This document shows positions 11,615-24,703 of a stretch of 64,000 nucleotides of DNA, one piece after another. The stretch spans positions 1 to 64,000 of the forward strand of contig CAXHJY010001661.1 of assembly GCA_964016885.1 (NCBI GenBank), read 5' to 3'. How positions within the stretch are numbered: position 1 is the stretch's first letter; each line of letters opens with the position of its first letter. A program made the translations under genes and the position numbers. This DNA is from Eledone cirrhosa (taxonomy: Eukaryota). The notes beneath the pieces were generated by a model. The model saw only the letters and a program-made list of their open reading frames with translations, searched no databases and was not told the DNA's origin.

Positions 11615-13763
11615 ATGGATATTGATAATTACAATGAGTTCATATATAAAGAACTCAGGAAAAATTATAAAAAAACAAACAATGCGGCACTTACCAACAT
11701 CAACAATAAAACACACAACATAGTAAATAGACTTAATATTGAAGATAGAACTGAACCTTTGGCACTGAAAAAACCACATTTTAACCTGAAAGATCACAAA
11801 TCTAACTTTAACTCTAATCCTTCTATAAGGCTTATATGCCCTTCCAAATCTGATATTGGCATCATTAGTAAAAAATGTTTAGATAGAGTCATCCCACAAT
11901 TAAGAAAACATGTTAATTTACCACTCTGGGAAAACACATCCCAGGTAATTAACTGGTTTACTGATATTAGAAATAAATCTTCTGCTTCATTTCTAAAATT
12001 CGATATAGATACTTATTATTCCTCTATATCACCTATACTCCTGAACAAAGCCTTGATATTTGCCAAAAATAGATCAAATTTAACTATGGATGACATTAAT
12101 ATTATCACACATGCTAGACAAACACTACTGGAATTTCAAAAAGAATACTGGACCAGAAACACATATAGTAATCTATTCGACATTACTATGGGCTCAAGTG
12201 ATTCTGCCCAAATTACCGATCTTGTGGGCCTCTTTCTTCTATTTAACATAAATGCTTCTTTTCCCCACCTTAAAGGTAGTTTATATCGTGACGACTGTCT
12301 TCTTCTTTCCAATAACCTTAGCCTATCAGAAATTGAAAAAAATAAAAAACTTATTAGAACTTTCCTCAAAGACTATTATAGTCTAGATATTACATTTGAA
12401 AACACAAGTAAAGTAGTTAATTTCCTTGATATAACATTAGACTTATCTACGGGTATCTACCAACCTTACCATAAACCTAACCAAAACTTACATTACATAC
12501 ACTCACAATCTAATCACCCTAAATCTATCCTTAAAAACCTAGCATATAATATCTCACTCAGAATTTCTAACCTTTCGTCTAACCAGGATGTATTTGATAA
12601 AAATGCAACCTTTTATAACGAAGCTTTAGCTAGAAGTGGCCACAAAAACAAATTAGTATATATACCTTGTACCAATAACACTACAAACATACAACCCAAT
12701 ATTACCAACAAACACCAAATGAAATATACACACCTAAATGCCACTCACACTATACCCAAAAATACCAACATGAAACTTAATTTCTCTAACTCTTCTAATA
12801 TACAATATAGTAACTTTCAAAAAACTATTCATCCTAATACTCCAATATATGTTAATAATAAAATTCCTAATAAACAGGCTAAAACACCTAAATCAATGAA
12901 TCTAACTAAAAATATGTGTAATAAAATCATTAACAATAATTCTCTTAAACATCAGGATACATCCTATAAAAATAATAAACAACATCGAAACCGTAATAGA
13001 CGAGTTACTTGGTATAATGCTCCATTTAATCTACAAATTAAAGATAATATACCTAAACATTTTTTTTACTATCCTAGAGAAAAACTTCTCGCCAAACCAC
13101 AAATACAATCAAATATTAAATAGATCAACGGTTAAATTCTCCTACTCAATAACCAAAAATATACAACAAAATATAAGTGCCTATAATGCATATAAATGTA
13201 AAAAAAACATGAATATACCACTAATACATCAAACTAACCATAATACTAAAATAAACCACACCAAATCACATACAACAAGTCGTGAAAATTCCACACCTAA
13301 TTTGACTATCTCCTCTGATACAGTATTCACGAAAGGTTGTAACTGTAGAAACAAAGCGAATTGCCCATTAAAAGGAAATTGCCTTATTAATAACATAGTA
13401 TATAAATGTAAAGTTAACACTAAGGACTCAACTTATTCATATATAGGAGCTACTTCTAACCAATTTAAAGTAAGATTTAATACCCACAAACACAGTTTTA
13501 AAAATGCCGCATTAGCTAATACAGCATCTTTAGCTGAAATAATTAATAATTATAGAAAAAGGAAAATAGATTATAACCTGACCTGGAGTGTGCTCAAAAG
13601 GGCCACCCCTTATCAAAATAATAGATATGAATGTAGATTATGTTCCCAGGAACTTTTTGAAATAATGAAATCTAAGGATATCCTATTAAATAAACGACAG
13701 GAATTAATTATATCATGTAATCATAAACTGAGAAGAACTTTTAAATATTATAAACCTAATTAA
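11615..13763 (+). pseudogene. PLE RT-GIY-YIG ORF split by a frameshift in a T-run (~13060-13067); another frameshift upstream near 11588
   Basis: ORFs 11615-13123 and 13017-13763 join at PKHFF/FFTILEKNF. The equivalent region is continuous in the PLE at 1-1570. Confidence 0.85.
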
Positions 13764-14504
13764 TATACACTTTAGAAATTATTATAATAACACTTTTTTT
13801 AAATTAGTTAACCTATAATTAATATTCTACTACTAATGAACTGCATACTTTTATTTCCCTTTTACAGCTAATCTTTTCCTAAAATTGATACCAATAAGTA
13901 TACATATAAACTATTTTAATTTGAGGTTATGATTCTCTGTGTTCCTTATAATCTATATAAATTTGTTATATCTCACTAATACATTTACCCTCCCCCCCCC
14001 CCAATAATAATAATTATTATTTTTTTAGTTTCCCTTCATTTTTAACAGCACTCTTCAATTACATCTAACTCTTATTTATCATATCTATATGAATTAATAT
14101 AAATTTATCAATATAAATATACCTATCAATTTAATTAATTTATTTTATTTTTATAGAGGTAAATTCCCTATATTTTAAATAAGATTGATATTTTTCACTA
14201 ACACATTTATCGTAAAATGTTATTCTCCTTAGATATTTACATTAGCATTATTCTTTTATAACATCAATTTTTCGTATACCTTTTACCGACTTGACCTATT
14301 TTCATCCCTAAAATAATCTTTTCATTCATCATACTCTTTCCATTCAAAACTGAAATCTGCTTTCCTCTACCCCTAAATTAAAGTTCTGTTACTACTATTC
14401 TGCCATCTTGACCACTTACTACCTTTCTATTGGTCAATTCAAAACCTGTTCCCAAACAGACCTATTATTTTAAATCTTTGTTGGTTTTTTTCAATAAACA
14501 AATA

Positions 14505-14642
14505 TCATTATTTCTGAAGACAGCATATATATGTGTAGGTATGTATATTCCCTCTGATAGTATGTAAACATTTTACAAAGATCTATATGATATACATACC
14601 AACACAAACATATATATCCTAGAAACGATCGTAAAATGATGA
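14505..14642 (+). ncRNA. Type I hammerhead with palindromic minimal stem III and a ~100-nt extended stem II
   Basis: tcattattt CTGAAGA ...atatatatgt..ggtatgtatat/atatacatacc..acatatatat... GAAAC GATC GTA aaatgatga, giving a 9-bp stem I. Confidence 0.8.
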
Positions 14643-14831
14643 ATTTTTTAATATAAGGAACTGTTTCTTTGTTTTTATTCATTATTTTTATTAATTTATC
14701 TTGACTCTATTTTCCTGTGTTTTTTCATCGGAAAAAACATTTTTGAATACATCTTCTCTTTTCATGATATTCGGATTACATTGAGTTCTTCATACGGATT
14801 GGACACTACCGTACATTTTGGTAGATTTATC

Positions 14832-14900
<69 letters not shown>

Positions 14901-14908
<8 letters not shown>

Positions 14909-16010
14909 TAAAATAACAGATTAAAGTTTAAGCAAAGAATCGCTGCTTTCACCCTTAACGGGATCTTCTGAAACTAACAAAGTCAATCTGTAAACGCAGA
15001 AGTGGATATTTCAAAAAACGTTGCAACCGGAGGAAGACAGGAAGACGATACTTTGGTTCGTGGAAACGTTCCCTGGCAAAGAACGGGAAAAAAACGAATA
15101 TAAAACGTCATTAATAGAAGCGGTGAAAAACAATTACGCGCAAAGACAGAACCACGTTTATGGTATAAAAGAAGTCGTAGACTAATGTTCTCTTAGGCGG
15201 TTTCATAGAGACGTTCTCTGGCAATGAACGGAAAAAATGAAGATAATACGTCATATGTGGAGCGTGGAGGACAATTGCACGCAAAGACAAAACCACGTAA
15301 ATGGTATAGCTGAAGTCGTAGTCTAAATTCTAGCTAGGAAACCGAATGAATATCCGCTTCAGAGTTAAGAATAAAGTAAATAAATACAATACAGAGGTAA
15401 TATAAATTAAATAAATGCATACACGCATGCAAATACGTACATACACAAGCATACGCAAAACACTTGCCATAGGTATACAAAACCACGCACATATAAATAT
15501 GTGTGTGTGTGCGTGTATACAAATAAATAAATAATTAAATAAACGTATATAAATAAATAAATACGTATATAACAAGCGCACACACATACCTACATGTAAA
15601 TACACAAATGTTCGGAGACGCAAATCAACCAAAACATGAAGTACACATATACACACACCCTACATACGTACGAACCTGCATACTCATGCAGACGCAAAAC
15701 TCCCGTATACACATAACCAAACCATATGTACCAGAATATATAGAAAATTTATACGCCATAACATAATCAATCAAATATACGTATGAGAAAGTATACGTAC
15801 CTTCACAAAACATACAGGAAATACTTATCTATGCACATAAGTAATGGTATAAAGAAAACATATACTTATCTACCACATCGAGACGTAAAATATTCATGTA
15901 TAGATCGTACTATCCGTTTAAAGATAGACTTTGTTAGTTTCAGAAGATCCCGTTAAGGGTGAAAGCAGCGATTCTTTGCTTAAACTTTAATCTGTTATTT
16001 TAATAAATAT
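14901..16010. mobile_element. Non-coding element with perfect 84-bp terminal inverted repeats (14901-14984 and 15927-16010) containing a hammerhead-like fold
   Basis: The arms are exact reverse complements. Related sequence occurs at 20363-20525 and 62498-62605. Confidence 0.75.
15936..15986 (+). ncRNA. Hammerhead-like fold with variant core CAGAAGA (also 14925-14975 on - and 20451-20501 on +)
   Basis: agttt CAGAAGA t-ccc-gttaa-ggg-t GAAA gcag-cgattct-ttgc TT aaact. Confidence 0.55.
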
Positions 16011-16160
16011 TTGCTCTACGGTTCTTATATATTTGATATATATTTATCCTTATCCAGCCCTCTTTGGATTTTAGTCTTCAAATTTATTATTATTATTAAA
16101 TATATAAATATATATATATAAATAATTATATATAAATAAATAAATATATATAAATAAATA

Positions 16161-18574
16161 TCACCATCATCATCATCGTTTAACGTCCATATTCCACGCT
16201 TGCATGGGTTTGGACGGGAGTTTTCCCACTTAAGGCAACAGTGGTTGTCTTGCTCATATAGGAGTGTCTAGCGGGTTTTCTACGGCTGGATGCCCTTCCT
16301 AACACCAACCACATTTACAGTGTGGAACTGGGAGGTTTTTACCGTGTTACCTACACGGCCATATTACAGCGTGGACTGTGTGTTTTTTTGTCGTGACACC
16401 TACACGACCTCATTTGTTTCGGGCTGGATGTTGTGGTACCAACATAACTTTACATTGAAAGGGGTGGTGTGGATGGGGTGGAGGTAGTGGGACGGGGTGT
16501 ATTTTGTTAGAGGTGCCTACTGATGTAGTAGGTTTCACTTTGCACTTACGTAAGGCGGGTATTCTCTATTACTGTGTAGCGCCAAAGATCTCGGTCCAGT
16601 GACATTGTCTTGGAGAGGTGTAACTATGTGAGGTCGGAATTTATCAAGTCGTCCCAGGTTTTTCTGGGTCTGCCTACTCCGTGGCTACCGTCTATTTTTA
16701 TTGCCCTGCACTTTTTTATACAGCTGTCGTCTTTCATGCGCATCACGTGACCATACCAACGTAGTCTTTTCTCGAGTAAACAACATCTGATCCCTCTTAT
16801 TCCTAATTTTTCCCTTAGTTCGTTTATGCTTTGCCGTTCACGTATATTACTATTACACATCCAACGGAGCATGCAAGCTTCGTTTCTCTCGAGTCTGCGT
16901 ATATCATCTGCACACAATGCCCAGGTCTCACTGCCATGTAACAATGCTGTTCGTATGCAGGCATAATACAGCCTGCCTTTCATTTTTAGAGAGAACCCTT
17001 TAGCGGCCAATAGTGGTATAAGCTCTCTGAACATTTTCCATCCCGTTCTGACTCTAACTACTGTACTTTCAGAGCACCCTTCCCCACTGCTGATTTTGTC
17101 ACCCAGGTAACGGAAGCTGTCCACTATTTCTATAGAACCATCTGTGCAATGAAATGAGTTAGTATTCTGTGGGCACTTGCTGCTACTTATTGCACCAGAG
17201 CACCGGCCACATATAAAATCTATATTCTTAGTTAGCTTACCTGTGATCCCACTACATCTTTTATGCACCCATACTTTGCATTTGGGACATAAAATTGAGT
17301 TTCTGTCTACTCCTTTCCTACACACTGAGCATGGCCATTTCCCAGATGGGACCGGTGCCCTATGTTCCTTCCTACAAACTAGAACTTTAGTCTTAAACAA
17401 GTTAACTTTAAGGCCTTTCTAGGTCATGCTTCCATGTTTGGAATTTCTTCTCTAGTTCAACCATTGATTCAGCTATGAGCGTTAGATCATCTGCATATAG
17501 GAGATCCCATGGGCAGCCGGTCTTGAACTCCTCTGTTATAGCCTGAAGGGCAATAATAAATAGTAGGTGGCTAAGGACGGAGCCCTGATGAACACCAACT
17601 TTTACGCTAAACTCTTCACTATATTCGTTGTTAATTCTAACCTTGCTGACTGTTTCTTTATACATGGCTTGTATAGCTCTCACAAGCCATTCATCAACAC
17701 CTAGTTTTCTAAGGGCCCACAAGATAATCGAGCGGGGTACTCTGTCAAAGGCTTTCTCCAAGTCAACAAAAGCTAAGCATAGGGGTTTACTTTTAGCTAG
17801 GTACTTCTCCTGTAGTTGTCGTACAATGAAAAGAACGTCTGTTGTACTTTTACCTGACACAAACCCGAACTGAATTCCGTGTAGATCAATTCGCTCTCTG
17901 ATTAGTTGCGCTATTACTTTTTCTGTGACCTTCATGACCTGGTCAATTAATTTAATGCTCCTATAGTTTCCCCTATCTAGGGCATCACCTTTACCCTTGT
18001 AGCAGTTAATGATGATGCTGCTGCGCCAGTCCTTCGGAACGACCCCATTCTGTATGACTTGGTTTACTATCCGGGTGACCATAGTGTGTCCCACCGTTCC
18101 AGATGCTTTCAGCATATTGGCAACTATTTCCGAAGGCCCGGCCGCCTTGCCCGTCTTCATGTCTTTGATCGCCTTACTTATTATACTACCTTCAACTTCC
18201 ACTGCTGGTCCCTCTATTGGGTCGATGTGGGGGAGACTGTCTTTCTCCCAATTATTCTCCTCATTTAGTAGCCTTTCGTAGTGACACTTCCAAGCTACCT
18301 TCTTATCAGCGTCAGTGATGACAAGTACACCATCATCATTAAGGACACACTTCTCCCCGACAATATCACTGTTTTCCTTGACATACTGCCTAGCAATCCT
18401 GAACACCTCACGTTTTTGGTCCTCGCGTTGTAGAACATGCTTGAACTTTGTTTCCTCTGCTTCCCTTCTCGCAAAGTACACTTGTCTCTTAGCTTCCCTC
18501 CTGGCCACTTGATAGTCTTCTGTACTTCCGCCATGCTTTCCAAGCCGGCTTTTTGGCCTTGATTGACCTCTCCA
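16161..18574 (-). mobile_element. RTE-clade LINE, 5'-truncated and frameshifted (ORF pieces 17408-18508 and 16624-17400), with (GAT)n tail
   Basis: NYRSIKL, QFGF, FVDLEKAFDRV, GVHQGSVLS, LLYADD, FRYLG, RLRWYGHV, GRPRKTW. The tail reads catcatcatc on the plus strand. Confidence 0.92.
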
Positions 18575-18844
18575 TAAATATATATATATAAATAAATATA
18601 TATAAATAAATATATAAATAAATATATATAAATAAATATATATATATATATTTAAATAAATATATATATATATATATAAATAAATAAATATATATAAATA
18701 AATATATATATATATATATATATATTAAAATAAATAAATATATATATATAAATAAATGTATATATATAAATAAATATATATAAATAAATATATATAAATA
18801 AATAAATATATATATATATAAATAAATATATATATATATATATA
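18575..18844. repeat. (TA)n/(TAAA)n low-complexity tract
   Basis: Directly visible. Confidence 0.95.
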
Positions 18845-19486
18845 CTGTATTTTGCAATACACTGTATGCTTAATTAAAAGTATTTCGAAGACCTTATGCT
18901 ATTGTTTTAAAGTAGTGTCAGTCTCACTTACTTTAATTTTCAGCAAACAGGGGAGATAAAGCTGACAGATCCCTGTTTCGCATTTTTGTATGCTTATCAA
19001 AGCCAACTACTCCTCCTGTTTGCTGAAAATCATGGATGTTTGATTCTTATCGAATTCTAGTAAATAATCAGGTACTGATTATACAGAGCGGTTGCTGATC
19101 AAGCAGAAATTGAAAATTAGAATTGGTGCTCTGAAATAGCTATATATATATATATGAATGTATATATAGTGTATTTTGCAATACACTATATGCTTAATTA
19201 AAAGCGTTTCGAAGGCCTTATGCTATTGTTTTAGAGTAGTGACAGTCTCACTTACTTTAATTTTCAGCAAACAGGGGAGATAAAGGTGACAGAGCCCTGT
19301 TTCGCATTTTTTGATGCTTATCAAAGCCAACTCCTCCTGTTTGCTGAAAATCATAAAGTAAGTGAGACTGTCACTACTCTAAAACAATAGTATAAGGCCT
19401 TCGAAATGCTTTTAATTAAGCATACAGTGTATTGCAAAATACACTATATATACATTCATATATATATAGCTAATTCAGAACACCAA

Positions 19487-19492
<6 letters not shown>
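18845..19492. repeat. Direct plus inverted duplication (~18845-19030 repeated at ~19165-19350, then inverted to 19492) carrying two hammerhead folds
   Basis: tgtattttgcaatacact...cagcaaacagg occurs twice, followed by a reverse-complement arm. The block is flanked by (TA)n. Confidence 0.85.
18960..19004 (-). ncRNA. Type I hammerhead with U3:A8 core variant (second copy 19284-19328)
   Basis: Reverse complement reads ggct TTGATAA gcat-acaaaa-atgc GAAA cag-ggat-ctg TC agct. Confidence 0.7.
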
Positions 19493-19541
<49 letters not shown>

Positions 19542-19602
19542 ACTATTATTACTATATATATATATATATTTAGTTATGTAATAAACAACATAGGACAATT
19601 AT

Positions 19603-19672
19603 TCCATTTACCAAATGTTTCACGAAAACAGACGAGCTCAACCCAGACGTCTGTAATCGTTCATCAGAATCA
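19603..19672 (-). ncRNA. Type I hammerhead, same family flank as 10951-11010 but a different stem II
   Basis: Reverse complement reads gatt CTGATGA acga-tt-acagacg...cgtctgt-tt-tcgt GAAAC atttg GTA aatgg, followed by aataattgtcctatgttgtttattacataact. Confidence 0.75.
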
Positions 19673-20039
19673 AATTTTATTTGAAGGGGAAGTGAGATAT
19701 GGATTTCAAAACAAAGCCTAAAACAATTGAAAGCGAGGCTGATATAAAATAAAATAACGAACGTAATGTAATGGGGAAAAATAAATATATATGTATATAT
19801 ATATAAACATACACATACATATATAAGAATCTACCTACGCATATACTTATACTCACACACATACACATAAACACACATACATGTACATACACATATACAA
19901 ACATACATAAATGTACACATACATACATACATACACATACATACATACACACGTACATATACATATACATAGACACATGCGTACACATACACACATATAT
20001 ACACATATTTATATATATATATATAGGAAAATGTTTAAT

Positions 20040-20216
20040 CCCGATGGCAGAGCTCAAGCCGTTTCGACGGCTATTTCTGGAGCAGCTGTAGAAATCAAGC
20101 CAGAATCAGTTCCCATATGAGCAAGACAAGGTCAGCTGACCGGACACTGCCCACAACAGGACAACCCGTCTAACCCATGCTAGCGTGGAAAAACGGACGT
20201 AAAACGGTGATGATGA
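20040..20216 (+). mobile_element. RTE-related 3' tail fragment
   Basis: aacccatgctagcgtggaaaaacggacgtaaaacggtgatgatgat matches the RTE 3' ends at 36060-36110 and 39940-39998. Confidence 0.65.
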
Positions 20217-20714
20217 TATATATACTTATATGTGTGTGTGCGTGTATATATATATATATATATAACGAAGGAGGTGGGGTAAGGAACCAGATTGACCATA
20301 ATGCACCAGAGTACTCAATACTTAGGGTAGTAGAGTGGGTGATAGGAAAATGTTTAACCTTCACGAACCAAAGTATTGTCTTCCTGTTTTCCTTCAGTTG
20401 CAACGTTTTTCGAAATATTTACTTCTGCGTTCACAGATTGATTTTTTTTTAGTTTCAGAAGATCCAGTTAAGTGTGAAAGCGGCGATTCTTTGCTTAAAC
20501 TTTAATCTGTTATTTTAATAAATATATATCTTAAAATTATTTTTGAAAAGCATAAGAAATGCGCAACCGGTAAAACTTAAAACTAAAACTGAATACTAAC
20601 TAATACTTATTACTAATTTATACTTATTCCTAATTAAACTATTTTTCACTGGGAAAAATTTGTCAGCATTTTCTTTTCCTTTTTGCTAATATATCACAAC
20701 TCGTGTGTCACACC

Positions 20715-20769
<55 letters not shown>

Positions 20770-22871
20770 TTAACTAAGGTACTAAATACGTTTATGTCTT
20801 TATTATCTTTAATATCTTTATTTTACATGGAAATTAATTCTACAGGACTAGAACCGTTTCATGTGTATGGAATCATCATAAAATATTTGATGTATATATG
20901 GAGTTTGACAGCTGCATATAGAAATCAGCTGAAAGCCAATTGAATCTACGGAAAGGAGACAAGAAAACATGGGACATCGATGTGAAAATTGACCTCATCC
21001 AGATCAACTTCACAAAGGAGATGGCTCATGCAGTACAACATGTTGCCAATCATGACCTACATAATTGGCAACATGTTGTACTGATGAACACTCACCCTTG
21101 TATGCAACTGGAATGAAACGTATGGAAAATATGCCATAAAACCAGCCAGTATGGTCTTGACTGCCCTGCTGCCCACCTTTTCCACCTTAAACATGAAGAA
21201 GCAGGGATGTGGAAAAGTTTAGGTCCCTGTCTGCCAGCACACTTAATATTCCCTATCTGAAAACTCCCCATTGGCTCCCACCTACTCATACTTTTCTTAT
21301 TCTCTCATTCCTCATTCAAGCCATGCTAATATGAAAAGCTAGATGGAACTTTCTTTGATTCCCTTCCCTTGCTGACCCCCTCCCCCAATTTCTCTGTTGA
21401 GCACACTTGTTTCCCTACTCATACTTTTCTCTTCCCCTTCCTCACCCAACTTATGCCAACATGGAAAGCTAAGGTGGACCTACTCTGATGCAACCTTTTT
21501 CAGCCCATGCCTCACTCCTTTCTCACTCACATCAATGACTTCTTTTTCCTCTCCCACATGGAAAATCAGGAATATTCCAACTTATGTCAGACGCCACCTA
21601 CTAGATTCAGGGTGAACCCATAATCCACCACTTACTTTTCCAATGCTGGGATGTCTACCCCACCTTAACAATCGGCATATAGCCAGTGCCCCATTCCTCA
21701 TGCCCAGCCTATTCTCAGAACATGATAACCTCTCTGACCAAGGTAAGAATGGAAAAACAGTATTTAATGATGGTGATGATGTGTACTCTCTTGCTCTGTC
21801 CCCTGTTGTTCAGGGAAAGATTCATCTAATTCATTTAAATTCATTGCAAATATCCTAAGCCTTTCTTGCTGTATTATCTTACTTTTATATTTCCCATTAG
21901 GTTATTGTCCACTGTTCTTATTCATTGTTTTATATTTTGGTTTCATATTTCTTTCCAATATGATGGAATTTCTTTTGTTATTGGTCTAACTTTTTATATT
22001 GATATCATAATTCAATTTTTAAAATTTGCTTTGAATACATAAATTTGATGGAATAAGCACACCCGATTTATTAAGACCCTTATCTTGTATGTTATTGCTA
22101 GAATCAGTTGTTTTAATTTTTCATTCATTTCCAGAATATCATCCTCTTTCTAAATAGTATTTCTATTTTATTTTTATATGTCATATTGATTCCACTTCCT
22201 ATACACTTTCTGTTTGTTGAGTCTAGTAATTTTTATTTTTATTTTTTATTTTTCATTTTTCATTGGTCTCATGTAATATTTTGTTTTCACTAGATCTTTA
22301 GTGGGACTGGGTGAGGAGTGATTTACTTCATTTTAATCAAACGTAGCCTCTTTTGATATTTCCATGGCTACTGAGTAATTTAGGTTATTTAGCACATTGA
22401 TATTTGAATTTGCTTCTGTGGAAACAATTTCTTGAAGAGCCTTGTATTTCTGCAGTTGTTTGTTTCTGTAGTAAGGTAATTCCATTGATCCATGGTGATT
22501 GATTTTATTATGGTCAGTTCTTTTCTATTTTGTTTGTGGTTTCTATTAGATTTTCATCATGATTGTCTTTGTTTATCCAGTTATGATATGCCATATTATT
22601 CTGACATTATGTAAGAGAAAATATACTTTTGTTTTGGTTCAATATTCAAACAGTTGTTTATGCACAGTCATCATATATGTTTTTGGTTGTTTTTTTATAT
22701 TTTATTTTTTCTTCTTTGTGTCAGTTTTGTTTGTTTATGATGACTTGTTCATTTCATGTGTCGACAATTATAGTGCATTATATATTCTTAGGGGTGTGCA
22801 TGTTCTACTGTACTGCTTTCATTGGGCTGTTGAAGCTTATCTTTATTTGGCCAGTTATGTTATTATAAGTA

Positions 22872-23050
22872 GGGCAATAGATTGGTAGTTACAGTGGTGA
22901 GTCGGACATAATGCTTTGCAACATGAGTTACGTCCCTTTACATTCTGAGTTCAAATCCCCCTGAGGTTAACTTTGCCTTTCATCCTTCTGGGCTCAATAA
23001 GATAAAGTACCAGTAATGTACTGGGGTCGATTTAATCGACTTTCCCTTCT
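22872..23050 (+). mobile_element. tRNA-derived SINE, diverged copy
   Basis: gagttcaaatccc...gcctttcatcc...ataaagtaccagtaatg shared with 24704-24895. Confidence 0.75.
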
Positions 23051-23284
23051 ACAAAAACCATAAGAATGTTGTTCTGTTTTGATTTTTAAGAACTAAATTT
23101 TTTGTTTATAATAAACTTGTATGCACATGCTAATTTAAATTAAATTATTGTCTTCATTTAGTTCTTTCTTTTGTAGATCTTGTACATCTGATATGATGCT
23201 AGTTTGTGTTGGATGTGGTATAGTTTGGTGTAAAATGTGTGTAATACTTAAAGATATTGTGCTTTTGTCTAGCTTATATGTGGA

Positions 23285-23545
23285 AAGCCTCATGGACCCA
23301 GCAGACAGAATGGAGAAAAGGTTGCCATAAAGGATGATGAGGGAGATGGACTAGCCATTCAAAATCATGGGTCTCACTTTGCGAGTAGCCAACTCCATCC
23401 TGATAGTAGTGAGTAGGGATGTGGTCTGGGGTCCAAGAATGCTGGAAGTCTCCACTGCTACAGGTTTGATGACAAACCTATTGAAGAGTGACCAATATTT
23501 CAATAGTTTCCCCTTTATGGCCAGATGAACAGCGAAGCCTGTGCT
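23285..23545 (-). pseudogene. C-terminal fragment of a restriction-endonuclease-type (CRE-like) non-LTR element
   Basis: Reverse translation gives KGKLLKYWSL..FVIKPVAVETSSILGP....*SISLIILYGNLFSIL, resembling the KxxKYxxL..P.AVET.G..G...SI.I..GN..SI pattern. Confidence 0.5.
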
Positions 23546-24703
23546 TTAATTATTGCCTTACATCTTTAGTCCTTTCTTCTCTAGATCTTCTACATCAATT
23601 GTGATGCTATTTTTCATTTGATATAGCATAATTTGGTGTAGTATATATATGATATTGACAGGTATTTTTCATTTGTTCCTTGATCCCTTCTATTTTTCAT
23701 TTATTCAATGATACGAGAAGTATATTTTTGAAGGATGTTGGCGAGGGTATTAATTCTTCGAGGGGTTACAGTTTGGTGCTTAGAGTACAGATAGTTTGTA
23801 GTATGAACTCATGCTAAAGTATTTGTCATAATCATCTGGGCTGGTGGGGTTGCTTTGGTTTTTTGCTTATAGTTGATGACTTGCATAATATTAGTATTAA
23901 GTTCATTTTGCTTTTTATGTATGGACAATGTGTGCAGTGATATCAAGTGGTTTTTTATAAACAACTATTGAGATTGTCATTGTTTTTAATCACCTGAGTT
24001 TCAATACTCTTATTACGGACTCATGTATTTCAATAATTGTTTAAACTCATTTGAAGGGATATTATCAAGACGATAATCATATTTATCAATAGGTATTATT
24101 TCTTCTTATTTTTACCTATTATCTCTCAACAATTTGGTTTGATCATCTGATCAGTGTATGTATATTGGAAAGACCCCTCTTAGTTTTAAGTGATGAGTTC
24201 CAAATAGTAACAGATTTCCTACAGGATATACTGGTAAACATTATCGTGTTTTTGGTTGTAGTCACATGCGATCTAGACATAAACATCCAGAAACTCTATG
24301 GTCAATTCTTTCTTTAGACTCAATTAAAACCAGTAGTTAAGGTCTCCATACATTTAATTTGTTTCTAGTTGGTACAGGCTTCAATTTTGTGTAGTGAAGT
24401 TGACTGCACCCCACTTCTATTTCCATTTCTACTTTATGCACTGTGATTTGATACTTACAAATACGTTTTTTTCAATCATTTAAATTATTAAGAGAGTGGG
24501 GAGTAATGAATATGGTCGACTACTCTGAGTAATTAGTTAAGTCTCTTTATTTTATAAGATCAAATCCTACAAAAATTGATTTGTTATTTTTTTACCTCTG
24601 AGGCTGATAAAAGTTATTTAATTTTGCTTTGTTCTAAAATGTAGATTCCCTAATTTATTATTACTTAGAAATACCCTCTACCGATACTGCCAATCCCCCA
24701 CAT

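Larger units (their letters stand above)
11484..14833 (+). mobile_element. Penelope-like element (RT plus C-terminal GIY-YIG endonuclease) with a 3' hammerhead-bearing tail, between (TA)n tracts
   Basis: RT motifs KFDIDTYY, MGSSDS, YRDD, NFLDI and SNHP. GIY-YIG motif CNCR..CPL..CL..IVYKC..YIGAT..FKVRFNTH. Hammerhead at 14505-14642. Confidence 0.9.

Noticed and set aside
21082-21130. CTGATGA...GAAAC hammerhead candidate
   Set aside because: No convincing stem II or NUH triplet.
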